NCBI GenBank assembly: GCA_950097015.1
Contig: CATNEN010000002.1
Location: forward strand, 6,386,001 to 6,450,000
Source: Macrostomum hystrix
Taxonomy: Eukaryota; Animalia; Platyhelminthes
Length of the DNA: 64,000 nucleotides
Reading direction: 5' to 3'
A program made the translations under genes and the position numbers. A model generated the notes under the pieces. The model did not search any database. It was not told the DNA's origin and saw only the letters and a list, made by a program, of their open reading frames with translations. Positions within the stretch are counted from its first letter, which is position 1; each line of letters begins with the position of its first letter. Shown here piece by piece: positions 47,155 to 60,700 of this stretch.

Positions 47155-47790
47155 GACGAAGACAGGTAGGAGAAGACAGGTAGGAGAAGACAGGTAGGAG
47201 AAGACAGGTAGGAGAAGACAGGTAGGAGAAGACAGGTAGGAGAAGACAGGTAGGAGAAGACAGGTAGGAGAAGACAGGTAGGAGAAGACAGGTAGGAGAA
47301 GACAGGTAGGAGAAGACAGGTAGGAGAAGACAGGTAGGAGAAGACAGGTAGGAGAAGACAGGTAGGAGAAGACAGGTAGGAGAAGACAGGTAGGAGATAA
47401 CAGGTAGGAGAAGACAGGTAGGAGAAGACAGGTAGGAGAAGACAGGTAGGAGAAGACAGGTAGGAGAAGACAGGTAGGAGAAGACAGGTAGGAGATAACA
47501 GGTAGGAGAAGACAGGTAGGAGAAGACAGGTAGGAGAAGACAGGTAGGAGAAGACAGGTAGGAGAAGACAGGTAGGAGAAGACAGGTAGGAGAAGACAGG
47601 TAGGAGAAGACAGGTAGGAGAAGACAGGTAGGAGAAGACAGGTAGGAGAAGACAGGTAGGAGAAGACAGGTAGGAGAAGACAGGTAGGAGAAGACAGGTA
47701 GGAGAAGACAAGTAGCAGAAGACAGGTAGAAGACAGGTAAGGGAAGACTGTTACGGGAAGACAGGTAGGGGAATACAGGTAAGTTAAGAC
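47155..47790. repeat. 14-bp minisatellite (AGACAGGTAGGAGA)n
   Basis: Read directly. Confidence 0.96.
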
Positions 47791-48584
47791 AGGCGGATAC
47801 ATATTAAGAGACATAAAAAATTAAGGGGAATGCAGGTAGCGGATGATGAGCAGGGAGAGAAGCCAGGTGAGAAGGGCAAAACAGACCAAGAAGGCATATG
47901 AGGTTTGCAGGGATAATGATGATTCCATTCTCCCCATACCAAGCGGTTGACATTAATGACTGTATGATCATGAGGCAACTCACTGAGCAGATAAATGGCG
48001 GGTCGGACACTCAAATCTGGGATTTTCGGTAGCAATAGAACAGGGGATAGATTTGGGGAAGTGGGCGGTAGGGAAGGGGAGATAAAAAAGCTGAGAAAAT
48101 TCCCCCTTCAAAAAAACACGCGCGGGTCCAGCTGTTTTTCCCCAGGCCAGGCTGAGGCTTTACTCCCCCCCAGCCATCACTTTCTCCTACCGATTCCCCA
48201 CTCCACTAACCCGATTCAGATTAAACCGACAATGCTGCCTCCTCTCTGATGATGTAATCTGATTATTTATTGATCACAGGGACTCCTCCATGTGGGACGC
48301 GAATGAACTCAGAATGGGGGAAGTGAATGAGACAGTGAGATCGGTTTGAGCCCATAACTTGCCATGCGGCAGTTATTTCTTTAAGCTTGCCTCGTTTCCC
48401 GGTACTCGATTGATCAATGCGGCGTCTGATTTTTCTGTCTGGTATCAAGCGGTCAATGCGTGGGCTAACTTTCTCATCACCTGATTCACGAGGCTCTGTG
48501 GTTTTTTATAATCATATTTTGATTCAAAATTTGTTAAAATTTCTTTGATACTTTAAGCAAAAAGCGGGTATTTGGGTATAGAGG

Positions 48585-49860
48585 AGTGTGGGATTGATAG
48601 ACAGTGGGATTGATAGACAGTGGGATTGATAGAGAGTGGGATTGATAGACAGTGGGATTGATAGAGAGTGGGATTGATAGACAGTGGGATTGATAGACAG
48701 TGGGATTGATAGAGAGTGGGATTGATAGAGAGTGGGATTGATAGAGAGTGGGATTGATAGAGAGTGGGATTGATAGACAGTGGGATTGATAGAGAGAGAG
48801 TGGGATTGATAGAGAGTGGGATTGAAAGACAGTGGGATTGATAGAGAGTGGGATTGATAGAGAGTGGGATTGATAGACAGTGGGATTGATAGATAGAGGG
48901 ATTGATAGAGAGTGGGATTGATAGACAGTGGGATTGATAGATAGAGGGATTGATAGAGAGTGGGATTGATAGAGAGTGGGATTGATAGAGAGTGGGATTG
49001 ATAGAGAGTGGGATTGATAGAGAGCGGGATTGATAGACAGTGGGATTGATAGAGAGTGGGATAGATAGAGAGTGGGATTGATAGAGAGTGGGATTGATAG
49101 ACAGTGGGATTGATAGAGAGTGGGATTGATAGACAGTGGGATTGATAGACAGTGGGATAGATAGAGAGTGGGATTGATAGAGAGTGGGATTGATAGAGAG
49201 TGGGGTTGATAGAGAGTGGGATTGATAGAGAGTGGGATTGATAGAGAGTGGGATTGATAGAGAGTGGGATTGATAGAGAGTGGGATTGATAGAGAGTGGG
49301 ATAGATAGAGAGTGGGATTGATAGATAGAGGGATTGATAGAGAGTGGGATTGATAGAGAGTGGGATTGATAGAGAGTGGGATTGATAGAGAGTGGGATTG
49401 ATAGAGAGTGGGATTGATAGAGAGTGCGATTGATAGAGAGTGGGATTGATAGAGAGCGGGATTGATAGACAGTGGGATTGATAGAGAGTGGGATAGATTG
49501 AGAGTGGGATTGATAGAGAGTGGGATAGATAGAGAGTGGGATTGATAGAGAGTGGGATTGATAGAGAGTGGGATTGATAGAGAGTGGGATTGATAGACAG
49601 TGGGATTGATAGAGAGTGGGATAGATAGAGAGTGGGATTGATAGAGAGTGTGATAGATAGAGAGTGGGATTGATAGAGAGTGGGATTGATAGACAGTGGG
49701 ATTGATAGAGAGTGGGATAGATAGAGAGTGGGATTGATAGAGAGTGGGATTGATAGAGAGCGGGATTGATAGACAGTGGGATAGATAGAGAGTGGGATTG
49801 ATAGAGAGTGGGATAGATAGAGAGTGGGATTGATAGAGAGCGGGATTGATAGAGAGTGGA
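48585..49860. repeat. 16-bp minisatellite (GATAGAGAGTGGGATT)n
   Basis: Read directly. Confidence 0.96.
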
Positions 49861-50152
49861 GTGAGGGAGGGTGTGATAATGTTAGAATGACAAGAGCATA
49901 CAACAAGCTTAACATATGGTGATCAGGCAGACTTTTAAACTCTTCGGAACTCACAAAGTTTCTAGTAAAATCAAATCAAATGTAACTTAATCTGCAAATT
50001 CTATTAGTACTTCCGATCTGAGCACACCGCTTCGTGCTCAAAATTTGAGTGAGCAAACAGGCAAAAGTTGCAAGACAATTTCCTAGAAATTGACAGCCAG
50101 ATAATAGTATGAAACACTGTGAAAGTCTGGAAGGTGTTGACGCAGAGATTGA

Positions 50153-50946
50153 TTGCGCAACTACTTGAAAAACACTTAAAAACAGAATGAAGTGTCTCTA
50201 GTTGGCCTCCAGCCCCTTCACCTTTCGAGCTCAATTTGGCCTCCCCTCGGTGCTTCTGAAATAAAAAGGGAGCCGGCGAGACACCCCACCAACTCATTAG
50301 CTGCCAACTGTTCCGCTTTGAAAGCGAAGGAGAAAATGTTTGCAAAGTCTTCTAGAAGACTACTCACAGAAGCGGCTGAGCACCCACCCCAAACTCTCTA
50401 TTATTTTCCATTGTTGTCGGCGGCATTCTTATCCAGGCCGCTGTGAAGTGTAAATTGGAATTGGCGCCCGCAGTTGGCGAGTGTGCTTTGAAGTGGGTAT
50501 TTGTGGGGTTTGGAAACTTCCCCGCTAATTTCCTGACTGGGGAGAGCAGGGGGTGTGGGAGGCGGCTGCTGTTAAATTCCCCGGTGTTGTTCTGACGTCA
50601 GTTGCGCTACCGTCTGCAGGACAGCAGAGGTCAGTATTGTTGCATTGTACTCGCTAGCCAATGCTCGCACTGTCTCATTGCGCAATACCTACGCATGAAC
50701 GCTGGCGGGGAGGAGACATTTCTGCGAATCCTCTTGGGCAATATGTTAGAGCAGAAAGAAAACATAGAATTGGATTTGGGACGGCCCAGAGGCGCTGCTG
50801 CTGCTGCTGCTGCTGCAGACAACCGAACACGGTCCTCTTGCTTAACAGCCTCAAGCGAGCACGCGCGCAGACAGATACGGAGACGGTCGGGCACAACTGG
50901 TTGTCGCTCTCTGCCAGTTCATTCAGTTGCCTGAGGTCTTACGTAA
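50153..50946. promoter_or_regulatory. Cluster of palindromic bZIP sites
   Basis: TTGCGCAA 50153-50160, CTGACGTCAG 50592-50601, CCAAT 50658-50662, ATTGCGCAAT 50677-50686, TTACGTAA 50939-50946. Confidence 0.4.
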
Positions 50947-51244
50947 CCGGGCCCGTGTTCCCCTGGCGTTCTCCCTCTCTCTCTGTTTGGTCGGTAAATG
51001 GCAACTTTTTTTGTTCCTGAAATTACCAATTTGCGGCATTCACGGGGGCGTTCCACATTGATGACCGTCAAACAGAACGGAGAGGAAGCATTCTTAGAAA
51101 ATGCAACTACAGCCTAGTTGAACGGTTGAGCAGAACAGGAGGTCACCTGACCCCGCCTGTGACCTGTCAGCTCTTCAAGGCCTGGATGACAATGCAATCA
51201 GAATGCCCCAAATGTCAATGAACAAGACGTAGAAGACTTAGACC

Positions 51245-52490
51245 AAATCTACCATCGCCCCAACCTACCATCTCCCCAATCTACTACCATCCAATCAACA
51301 ATCTCCACAATCTACCATCTCCCCAATCTACCATCTCCCCAATCTACCATCTTCACAATCTACCATCTCCCCAATCTACCATCTCCCCAATCTACCATCT
51401 CCCCAATCTGCCATCTCCCCAATCTGCCATCTCCCCAATCTACCATCTCCCCAATCTGCCATCTCCCCAATCTACCATCTCCCCAATCTACCATCTCCCC
51501 AATCTACCATCTCCTTAATCTACTATCTCCTCAGTATCCATCTCCCCAATCTACCATCTCCCCAATCTACCATCGCCCCAACCTACCATCTCCCGAACCT
51601 ACCATCTCCCCAATCTACCATCTCCATAATCTACAATATCCCGAACCTACCATCTCCACAATCTACCATCTCCCCAATCTACCATCTCCCCAATCTACCA
51701 TCTCCCCAATCTACCTTCTCCCCAATCTACCATCTCCCCAATCTACCATCTCCCCAATCTACCATCTCCCCAATCTACCATCTCCCCAATCTACCATCTC
51801 CCCAATCTACCATCTCCCCAATCTGCCATCTCCCCAATCTACCATCTCCCCAATCTACCATCTCCCCAATCTACCATCTCCTTAATATACTATCTCCTCA
51901 GTATCCATCTCCCCAATCTACCATCTCCCCAATCTACCATCGCCCCAACCTACCATCTCCCGAACCTACCATCTCCCCAATCTACCATCTCCATAATCTA
52001 CAATATCCCGAACCTACCATCTCCACAATCTACCATCTCCCCAATCTACCATCTCCCCAATCTACCATCTCCCCAATCTACCTTCTCCCCAATCTACCAT
52101 CTCCCCAATCTACCATCTCCCCAATCTACCATCTCCCCAATCTACCATCTCCCCAATCTACCATCTCCCCAATCTACCATCTCCCCAATCTACCATCTCC
52201 CCAATCTACCATCTCCCCAATCTACCATCTCCCCAATCTACCATCTCCCCAATCTACCATCTCCCCAATCTACCATCTCCCCAATCTACCATCTCCCCAA
52301 TCTACCATCTCCCCAATCTAACTTCTCCCCAATCTACCATCTCCTTAATCTACTATCTCCTCAGTATCCATCTCCCCAATCTACCATCTCCCCAAACTAC
52401 CTTCCCCCCAATCTACCATCTTCCTAATCTACCATCTCCCCAATCTAACAATTCCCCAATCAACAATCTTCAAAATCTACCATCTCCCAA
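51245..52490. repeat. 16-bp minisatellite (CCCCAATCTACCATCT)n
   Basis: Read directly. Confidence 0.96.
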
Positions 52491-53153
52491 ATCACGGTAG
52501 ATGATGTCATGAGAGTCCCAATCTAAAGCATTCTCAGAAAAAGCAGTACAGAAGGTCAGGTGACCCAGCCTGTGACCCTGTAAGCCACCCATGGCCTGGA
52601 TGACAATTAACAAGAAAGGCATGGCCAATAGATTCCCTGCTTTGTCGCAGGTAGCTAATTCCTTCACAATGGACCGGGCCAAGGACAACAATTCCTGCCT
52701 GTCTCTCTGCTTGATTGATTGCGTCAGACACCGGTGCAATGGACAGCTAGCGGCCCGGCCTTTCAAATCCTTCAAATGCCAAGGCACTCAACTGTCCACA
52801 TGATTAGCTTTCAACCTCTGTCTGCTTGCTCTTGTTGCCCTGCACTGCTACTTTGCTTTGCTCTTTTTACTTTCGCTTTTCTCTTTCTTCAGCAGCGGCA
52901 GCAGCGGCAGCAAACACGGCGTGCCATGGGAACAGTTGAAATCTTCATTTAGCTGACTACAGTGTAGCTGCTGGGATAAAGTGTAGCACAATAATCCCAG
53001 CCCAATGTCTGTGGCTTCCCTCCCCTGCAATTGGCAAAGTTTGGCAACAGCTGACCCACCCAACCATTTCTGAAATCGAGCAACGCACAAAAAATGAAGA
53101 AAGCCAGCGCAGAAGAATGAACCTAAGGCATTATGTCCCAATTTGCAATTTGC

Positions 53154-53154
<1 letters not shown>

Positions 53155-53185
<31 letters not shown>

Positions 53186-53189
53186 GTGT
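53155..53189. repeat. (GT)n microsatellite
   Basis: Read directly. Confidence 0.9.
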
Positions 53190-54432
53190 TCGTGCATTCT
53201 TTGAATAATAAAACTAAGCACTACACGAAGAAGCACTCGTGAAGCATAAATATTATTGTCGCTGGTTGCCAGGATTCAGCATCATGCCTGCTATATAGTT
53301 AGCGAAATCGCGATTACCAAATCGAGTTTCTTAATGCTTCTCCAGTCCTAGCCTAAAACGTGTGCACTTTTACACACCTGGCAGTCAGTAACTATGAACA
53401 CGGGTTGGTGACTTCCCATACTGCGGCTTCTGCTCCCAGATGCTGTTCAGGTCACGGCCATGCATGCCAGGCTGAGCGCTTGATCAGGTGAGAAAATTGA
53501 AGAGACTGAGGAACCGGAGACAGAATTGCTGGTGGCCCAAAGTTCTGGGAAGTGCCGTCACATTTTTCTTAGAAAGTTTTCTCCCTCACGCCTAGTTGAG
53601 CTGTCATTGTTCCCCCAATGCAGTTCTCGGAACTCTTTAGCCTGCTCACAGCTCTGCTCTCAGTTGCTATGCGAGGTCTCATGAGGCGGCTGCTGCAGCT
53701 CGCCTACTGTCTTCATCTCGCTGACAGCAGCCGTTCCAGTTGGGCAGGCTATTGTGAATTTGGGATAGTCATTGTCTATGATACACGGGCATATGCTGGT
53801 GGGGACTCGAGGCCCGCCTAAAAATGCGAAAGCAGAAATTTGGGATTGAGACAAAGGAAAGCTTAGTTGCATCCACTCCGATTTGAGACAATGACACTTT
53901 GAGTCGATTTGACTGGGGCATGTTTATGATTCACAACAATAATGCCAACTAAATGCTGTGCTTCCTAACCTGGCAACAAAACACGACTCAAAACTCACCT
54001 TACCTTTAACCTCGAGTTCAATGCGAAAGTTTTTACCGCTCGATGATCGCTGCTTAAAAAGCTTCGAAGATGTTTTGACCTTTTTTCCTGTTGCTATTCG
54101 CCAGAAAAAAGCAGCTCGAGAGAGGTGACAGAATATTAGTGAGCTGTGAGTTTAGCCCGCCCACACTGACCAGCTGGGAATTAATATGTCTCAGTAACCA
54201 GTCTGAACCAATAGAAAATGACCTTGCTCTAGAAGCTTAGCAGTGAGAGGGTCACTGCAGCGGTGTTGGCAATGTCCACTTTTTAATGCTTTATACTTTC
54301 GTAGCTCGACTGCAGTGACTCAACTATTTTTTCAGAGTTAACTTTGGCGGTACCCTTCTGAGTTGCTGAAAACTCAATGTTCCGTCATGTCACTAACACT
54401 TGACATGAAGTGTCTGTGCGTGATTTGGTTGT

Positions 54433-55100
54433 CTCCCCAATCTACCTTCTCCCCAATCTACCTTCTCCCCAATCTACCTTCTCCCCAATCTACCTTCTCC
54501 CCAATCTACTATCTCTCCAATCTACCTTCTCCCCAATCTACTATCTCTCCAATCTACCTTCTCCCCAATCTACTATCTCTCCAATCTACCTTCTCCCCAA
54601 TCTACTATCTCTCCAATCTACCTTCTCCCCAATCTACCTTCTCCCCAATCTACCTTCTCCCCAATCTACTATCTCTCCAATCTACCTTCTCCCCAATCTA
54701 CTATCTCTCCAATCTACCTTCTCCCCAATCTACTATCTCTCCAATCTACCTTCTCCCCAATCTACTATCTCTCCAATCTACCTTCTCCCCAATCTACTAT
54801 CTCCCCAATCTACTATCTCCCCAATCTACTATCTCCCCAATCTACCATCTCCTCAATCTGCCATCTCCCAAATCTATCTAAATATCCCAATCTACTTTCT
54901 CCCCAATCTACCATCTCCCCAATCTACTATCTCCCCAATCTACTATCTCCCCAATCTACCATCTCCTCAATCTGCCATCTCCCAAATCTATCTAATTCTA
55001 CCCTATCTACCATCTCCGAAATCTATCTAATTCTACCCTATCTACCATCTCCCAAATCTAGCTAAATATCCCCAATCTACTTTCTCCCCAATCTACCATC
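54433..55100. repeat. 16-bp family repeat (CCCCAATCTACCTTCT / CTCCAATCTACTATCT)n
   Basis: Read directly; same family as 51245-52490. Confidence 0.94.
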
Positions 55101-55849
55101 TCAGAACCTACTTCCCATGTGCTTTATAATTTATTCTCTGATTCTGCAGATAAACTGGTGCCTTATGTGGCCCATCTTCGACATCATAAATGCATCTGAA
55201 CAAACTAGCTTTTGTTTGAAATGAACTGTCCAAGCATGATTAACCTACTGACTGTAAACGCACTGCATTGCTACAAGTGCTATTGACAAGCAAGCCGAGA
55301 CTAGGTTGATTTAAGGTCTGTCAAGGCTTTTTTAGCGCAAACCAGACCACTTGTCTCTGGAATTACACAGTTATGAGTGCCTTGCGCATCAACTTCGCTG
55401 CAATGCAAAACCTCAGACCAATAGACATAAAGCGGAATTTATTTAAGTTCTTAAACAGCTCATACAATAATCTCAGTAGATAAGCGATACAGTTGAGCAT
55501 ACACTGCTCAAGATACTCTGCAAGCATTGATAGGCAGGTAAAAGCCTAGGACAAAACAAGTTTAACAATGAGACCTCTAATTAATCGCGTTGTTAAACAT
55601 TCATATTTTATTGTATTAGGACAAAAGAGCAGTTGCTTAACATTTTGATTCTAAGACATGGTACCTGACTGCCCAGACTGCAGCATTTAAGGACTGTTGT
55701 CTGCTTGAGTGACTGCTTGATGGAAACTGAAAAGAGACCGAAGTAGAGGCTGATGCGTTGAAGACACTGCCCACTAAAAATGTATAACTGTATTTGGTAA
55801 AACTAAATAGAAAGTAGATGGGACAGAGAGGGTAGAAAGTTGGTGGATA

Positions 55850-56390
55850 GGGTAGAGAGTTGGTAGATTATATAGAGAGTTGGTAGATTGGATAGACAAT
55901 TAGTAGATTATATAGAGAGTTGGTAGATTGGATAGAGAGTTGGTAGATTGGATAGAGAGTTGGTAGATTGGATAGAGAGTTGGTAGATTGGATAGAGAGT
56001 TGGTAGATTGGATAGAGAGTTGGTAGATTGGATAGAGAGTTGGTAGATTGGATAGAGAGTTGGTAGATTGGATAGAGAGTTGGTAGATTGGATTGAGAGT
56101 TGGTAGATTGGATTGAGAGGGTAGATTGGATTGAGAGTTGGTAGATTGGATTGAGAGTTGGTAGATTGGATTGAGAGTTGGTAGATTGGATTGAGAGTTG
56201 GTAGATTGGATAGAGAGGGTAGATTGGATTGAGAGGGTAGATTGGATTGAGAGGGTAGATTGGATCGAGAGGGTAGATTGGATTGAGAGGGTAGATTGGA
56301 TTGAGAGGGTAGATTGGATAGAGAGTTGGTAGATTGGGTAGATTGGGTAGATAGTAAATTGGTAGATAGGTTGGACGTTAGATGGGTAGA
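55850..56390. repeat. 20-bp repeat (GATAGAGAGTTGGTAGATTG)n
   Basis: Read directly. Confidence 0.94.
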
Positions 56391-57769
56391 GAGGGTGGAC
56401 AATATGTTGAGTAGAGTGAGGTGGGAGACACGCAGACAATGCTAATAGTTGAGTATTTATTTTAAACTCCTCATGTTCCACAAATTCACACATGGTCTTC
56501 GCCACTTGACTCGGCCAGTGGAATCAGTAAGTTCTTACTCCCGCTATTAATCCTAGTTACCGGCAGAGATTTCTAGCAGTGATTTTCCCTCGGTCAGTGA
56601 GAATTGTCCCAGTGAGGTTGGGAACAAGAGCTCGGCCTGTCCCTTGCCCACCCACACTTAAATCGAATGCACGCGGTAGCAAAAATCCCGAAATTACGTA
56701 ATCAAATGCGAATTCGCGGGCGAGAACCGGTGAGGATGGGATCAGTTGGCCCCCGGGACGACGGGAAGTGGGAAGAGAAAAGTGGGCAATCGGAGACTCG
56801 GCGTGAGGTCGAGCGACCTGGGATTTGGGATTTCAATGGGTCGGGGGATTGCGCTGAGATTTGTGATCGCGAGCAGTAAAAGTTTTTAAAGGGAATTTAG
56901 TAAAGATATTGGCCGTAGGACGAATAACTGGGGGGTAGGAAGAATTGATGGGGATATTTCTGCTATCAGTATGGGAAGTTGCCTTGTCAACTTTTTCAAC
57001 TCCCAAGTTGAAATAGTCCTATACAGTTTTTTCCCTCGGAAGCATTCGCATTGATTTGGCTGCAGCTGCAGTTTTCTGTTGTTATCAATCGATTCGGGAT
57101 CACAATGCTCCTGTGGGAATTGAGCAGTGAATGACCTGCTTCTCAGAGTTGAAGCGACATTCGGATACCCTTCAAACTGAGACCAGAATTGATGAGCAAT
57201 GTTAAACTAATTGAGTGGGAGAAATTTCGCACAGGTAAACAAATATTTGTTCAATTAGAAATTGCACGATGGAAATCTATGAAAATTTCGATTAGAAGAA
57301 GGCTGTGTACTGCTGTTCAGTCCATGGACTGAAATTCCCCAACAGATTCCGCTACGATTTCTAAGCTGGTTAAAATTTCTTTTAGGAGGCCAATTTTCTT
57401 GGCTTCTTCTTCTGTCGGTAATTATCCACACCAAGTTGACGGAATTTTGACACCTTCTTTCACCTTCTGATTTACTTGAAGCTCTATGCAAGTCTTCCCT
57501 AATGGATTTGTGGGCTTCTCAACAATGCCAGCTTTGATTTCTATAAAAAATATCAGAGGTGACTCTGCGGTCATGATGCATCGGGTTTATGACAGGTGGG
57601 CAGGTTCGCAGAGCTGTTCGACTGTGCGAGAGGTCAAGGGGAGTTTGATGAGCTTGATTTAGGCTGTATATTTTTGTGAAAGAATTGGATTTCAGAATAA
57701 AGGAAAGTTTGGAGGAGTTGATAAAGTGACTAGGAAGGTGAGGTAGTAAGTTAGGACAGAGTTGTAGAT

Positions 57770-60700
57770 GGAGATGGTAGATAGACAGGGTAGATAGAGA
57801 TTGTAGATAGAGATGGTAACTTGAAAGGGTAGATAGATATAGCAAATAGAGAGGATATATAGAGATGGTAGATAGAGTAAGTAGATGAAAAGGACAGAAA
57901 GATAAAGACTGTAAGTAGATAGGGTAGATAGAGATGGTAAGTAGAGATAGTAGGTAGAGAGGGTAGATTGAGATGGAAAATAGAGATGGGAGATATAGGT
58001 AAAGTTTGTAGATATACAGGGTAAATATATAAAGAAAGTAGATAAAGAGGGTAGATAGAGGTGGTAGATAGAGATGGTAGATAGAGAGGATTGATAGAGA
58101 TGGTAGATAGAGATGGTAGATAGAGATGGTAGATAGAGATGGTAGATAGAGATGGTAGATAGAGATGGTAGATAGAGAGGATTGATGGAGAGGATTGATA
58201 GAGATGGTAGATAGAGAGTATTGATAGAGATGGTAGATAGAGATGGTAGATAGAGAGGATTGATAGAGATGGTAGATAGAGATGGTAGATAGAGATGGTA
58301 GATAGAGATTGTAGATAGAGAGGATTGATAGAGATGGTAGATAGAGATGGTAGATAGAGATGGTAGATAGAGAGGATTGATAGAGATGGTAGATAGAGTA
58401 AGTAGATGAAAAGGACAGAAAGATAAAGATTGTAAGTAGATAGGGTAGATAGAGATGGTAAGTAGAGATAGTAGGTAGAGAGGGTAGATTGAGATGGAAA
58501 ATAGAGATGGGAGATATAGGTAAAGTTTGTAGATATACAGGGTAAATATATAAAGAAAGTAGATAAAGAGGGTAGATAGAGGTGGTAGATAGAGATGGTA
58601 GATAGAGATGGTAGATAGAGAGGATTGATAGAGATGGTAAATAGAGATGATAGATAGAGAGGATTGATAGAGATGGTAGATAGAGATGGTAGATAGAGAG
58701 GATTGATAGAGATGGTAAATAGAGATGATAGATAGAGAAGATTGATAGAGATGGTAGATAGAGATGGTAGATAGAGAGGATTGATAGAGATGGTAAATAG
58801 AGATGATAGAAAGAGAGGATTGATAGAGATGGTAGATAGAGATGGTAGATAGAGAGGATTGATAGAGATGGTAGATAGAGAGGATTGATAGAGATGGTAG
58901 ATAGAGATGGTAGATAGAGAGGATTGATAGAGATGGTAGATAGAGATGGTAGATAGAGATGGTAGATAGAGATGGTAGATTGAGATGGTAGATAGAGAGG
59001 ATTGATAGAGATGGTAAATAGAGATGATAGATAGAGAGGATTGATAGAGATGGTAGATAGAGATGGTAGATAGAGAGGATTGATAGAGATGGTAAATAGA
59101 GATGATAGAAAGAGAGGATTGATAGAGATGGTAGATAGAGATGGTAGATAGAGAGGATTGATAGAGATGGTAAATAGAGATGATAGATAGAGAGGATTGA
59201 TAGAGATGTTATATAGAGATGATAGATAGAGATGGTAGATAGAGAGAATTGATAGAGATGGTAAATAGAGATGATAGATAGAGAGGATTGATAGAGATGT
59301 TAAATAGAGATGATAGATAGAGAGGATTGATAGAGATGGTAGATAGAGATGGTAGATAGAGAGGATTGATAGAGATGGTAGATAGAGAGGATTGATAGAG
59401 ATGGTAAATAGAGATGGGAGATATAGGTAAAGTTTGTAGATATACAGGGTAAATATATAAAGAAAGTAGATAAAGAGGGTAGATAGAGGTGGTAGATAGA
59501 GATGGTAGATAGAGAGGATTGATAGAGAGGATTGATAGAGATGGTAGATAGAGAGTATTGATAGAGATGGTAGATAGAGATGGTAGATAGAGAGGATTGA
59601 TAGAGATGGTAGATAGAGATGGTAGATAGAGATGGTAGATAGAGATGGTAGATAGAGATGGTAGATAGAGATGGTAGATAGAGAGGATTGATAGAGAGGA
59701 TTGATAGAGATGGTAGATAGAGAGTATTGATAGAGATGGTAGATAGAGATGGTAGATAGAGAGGATTGATAGAGATGGTAGATAGAGATGGTAGATAGAG
59801 ATGGTAGATAGAGATTGTAGATAGAGAGGATTGATAGAGATGGTAGATAGAGATGGTAGATAGAGATGGTAGATAGAGAGGATTGATAGAGATGGTAGAT
59901 AGAGTAAGTAGATGAAAAGGACAGAAAGATAAAGATTGTAAGTAGATAGGGTAGATAGAGATGGTAAGTAGAGATAGTAGGTAGAGAGGGTAGATTGAGA
60001 TGGAAAATAGAGATGGGAGATATAGGTAAAGTTTGTAGATATACAGCGTAAATATATAAAGAAAGTAGATAAAGAGGGTAGATAGAGGTGGTAGATAGAG
60101 ATGGTAGATAGAGATGGTAGATAGAGAGGATTGATAGAGATGGTAAATAGAGATGATAGATAGAGAGGATTGATAGAGATGGTAGATAGAGATGGTAGAT
60201 AGAGAGGATTGATAGAGATGGTAAATAGAGATGATAGATAGAGAGGATTGATAGAGATGGTAGATAGAGATGGTAGATAGAGAGGATTGATAGAGATGGT
60301 AAATAGAGATGATAGAAAGAGAGGATTGATAGAGATGGTAGATAGAGATGGTAGATAGAGAGGATTGATAGAGATGGTAGATAGAGAGGATTGATAGAGA
60401 TGGTAGATAGAGATGGTAGATAGAGAGGATTGATAGAGATGGTAGATAGAGATGGTAGATAGAGATGGTAGATAGAGATGGTAGATTGAGATGGTAGATA
60501 GAGATGGTAGATAGAGATGGTAGATAGAGATGGTAGATAGAGATGGTAGATAGAGATGATAGATAGAGAGGATTGATAGAGATGTTAAATAGAGATGATA
60601 GATAGAGAGGATTGATAGAGATGGTAGATAGAGATGGTAGATAGAGAGGATTGATAGAGATGGTAGATAGAGAGGATTGATAGAGATGGTAAATAGAGAT

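Noticed and set aside
57739-57752. TGAGGTAGTAAGTT matches the first 14 nt of let-7/miR-98
   Set aside because: The 3' part diverges and no complementary arm follows; the sequence is the purine-rich edge of a satellite.
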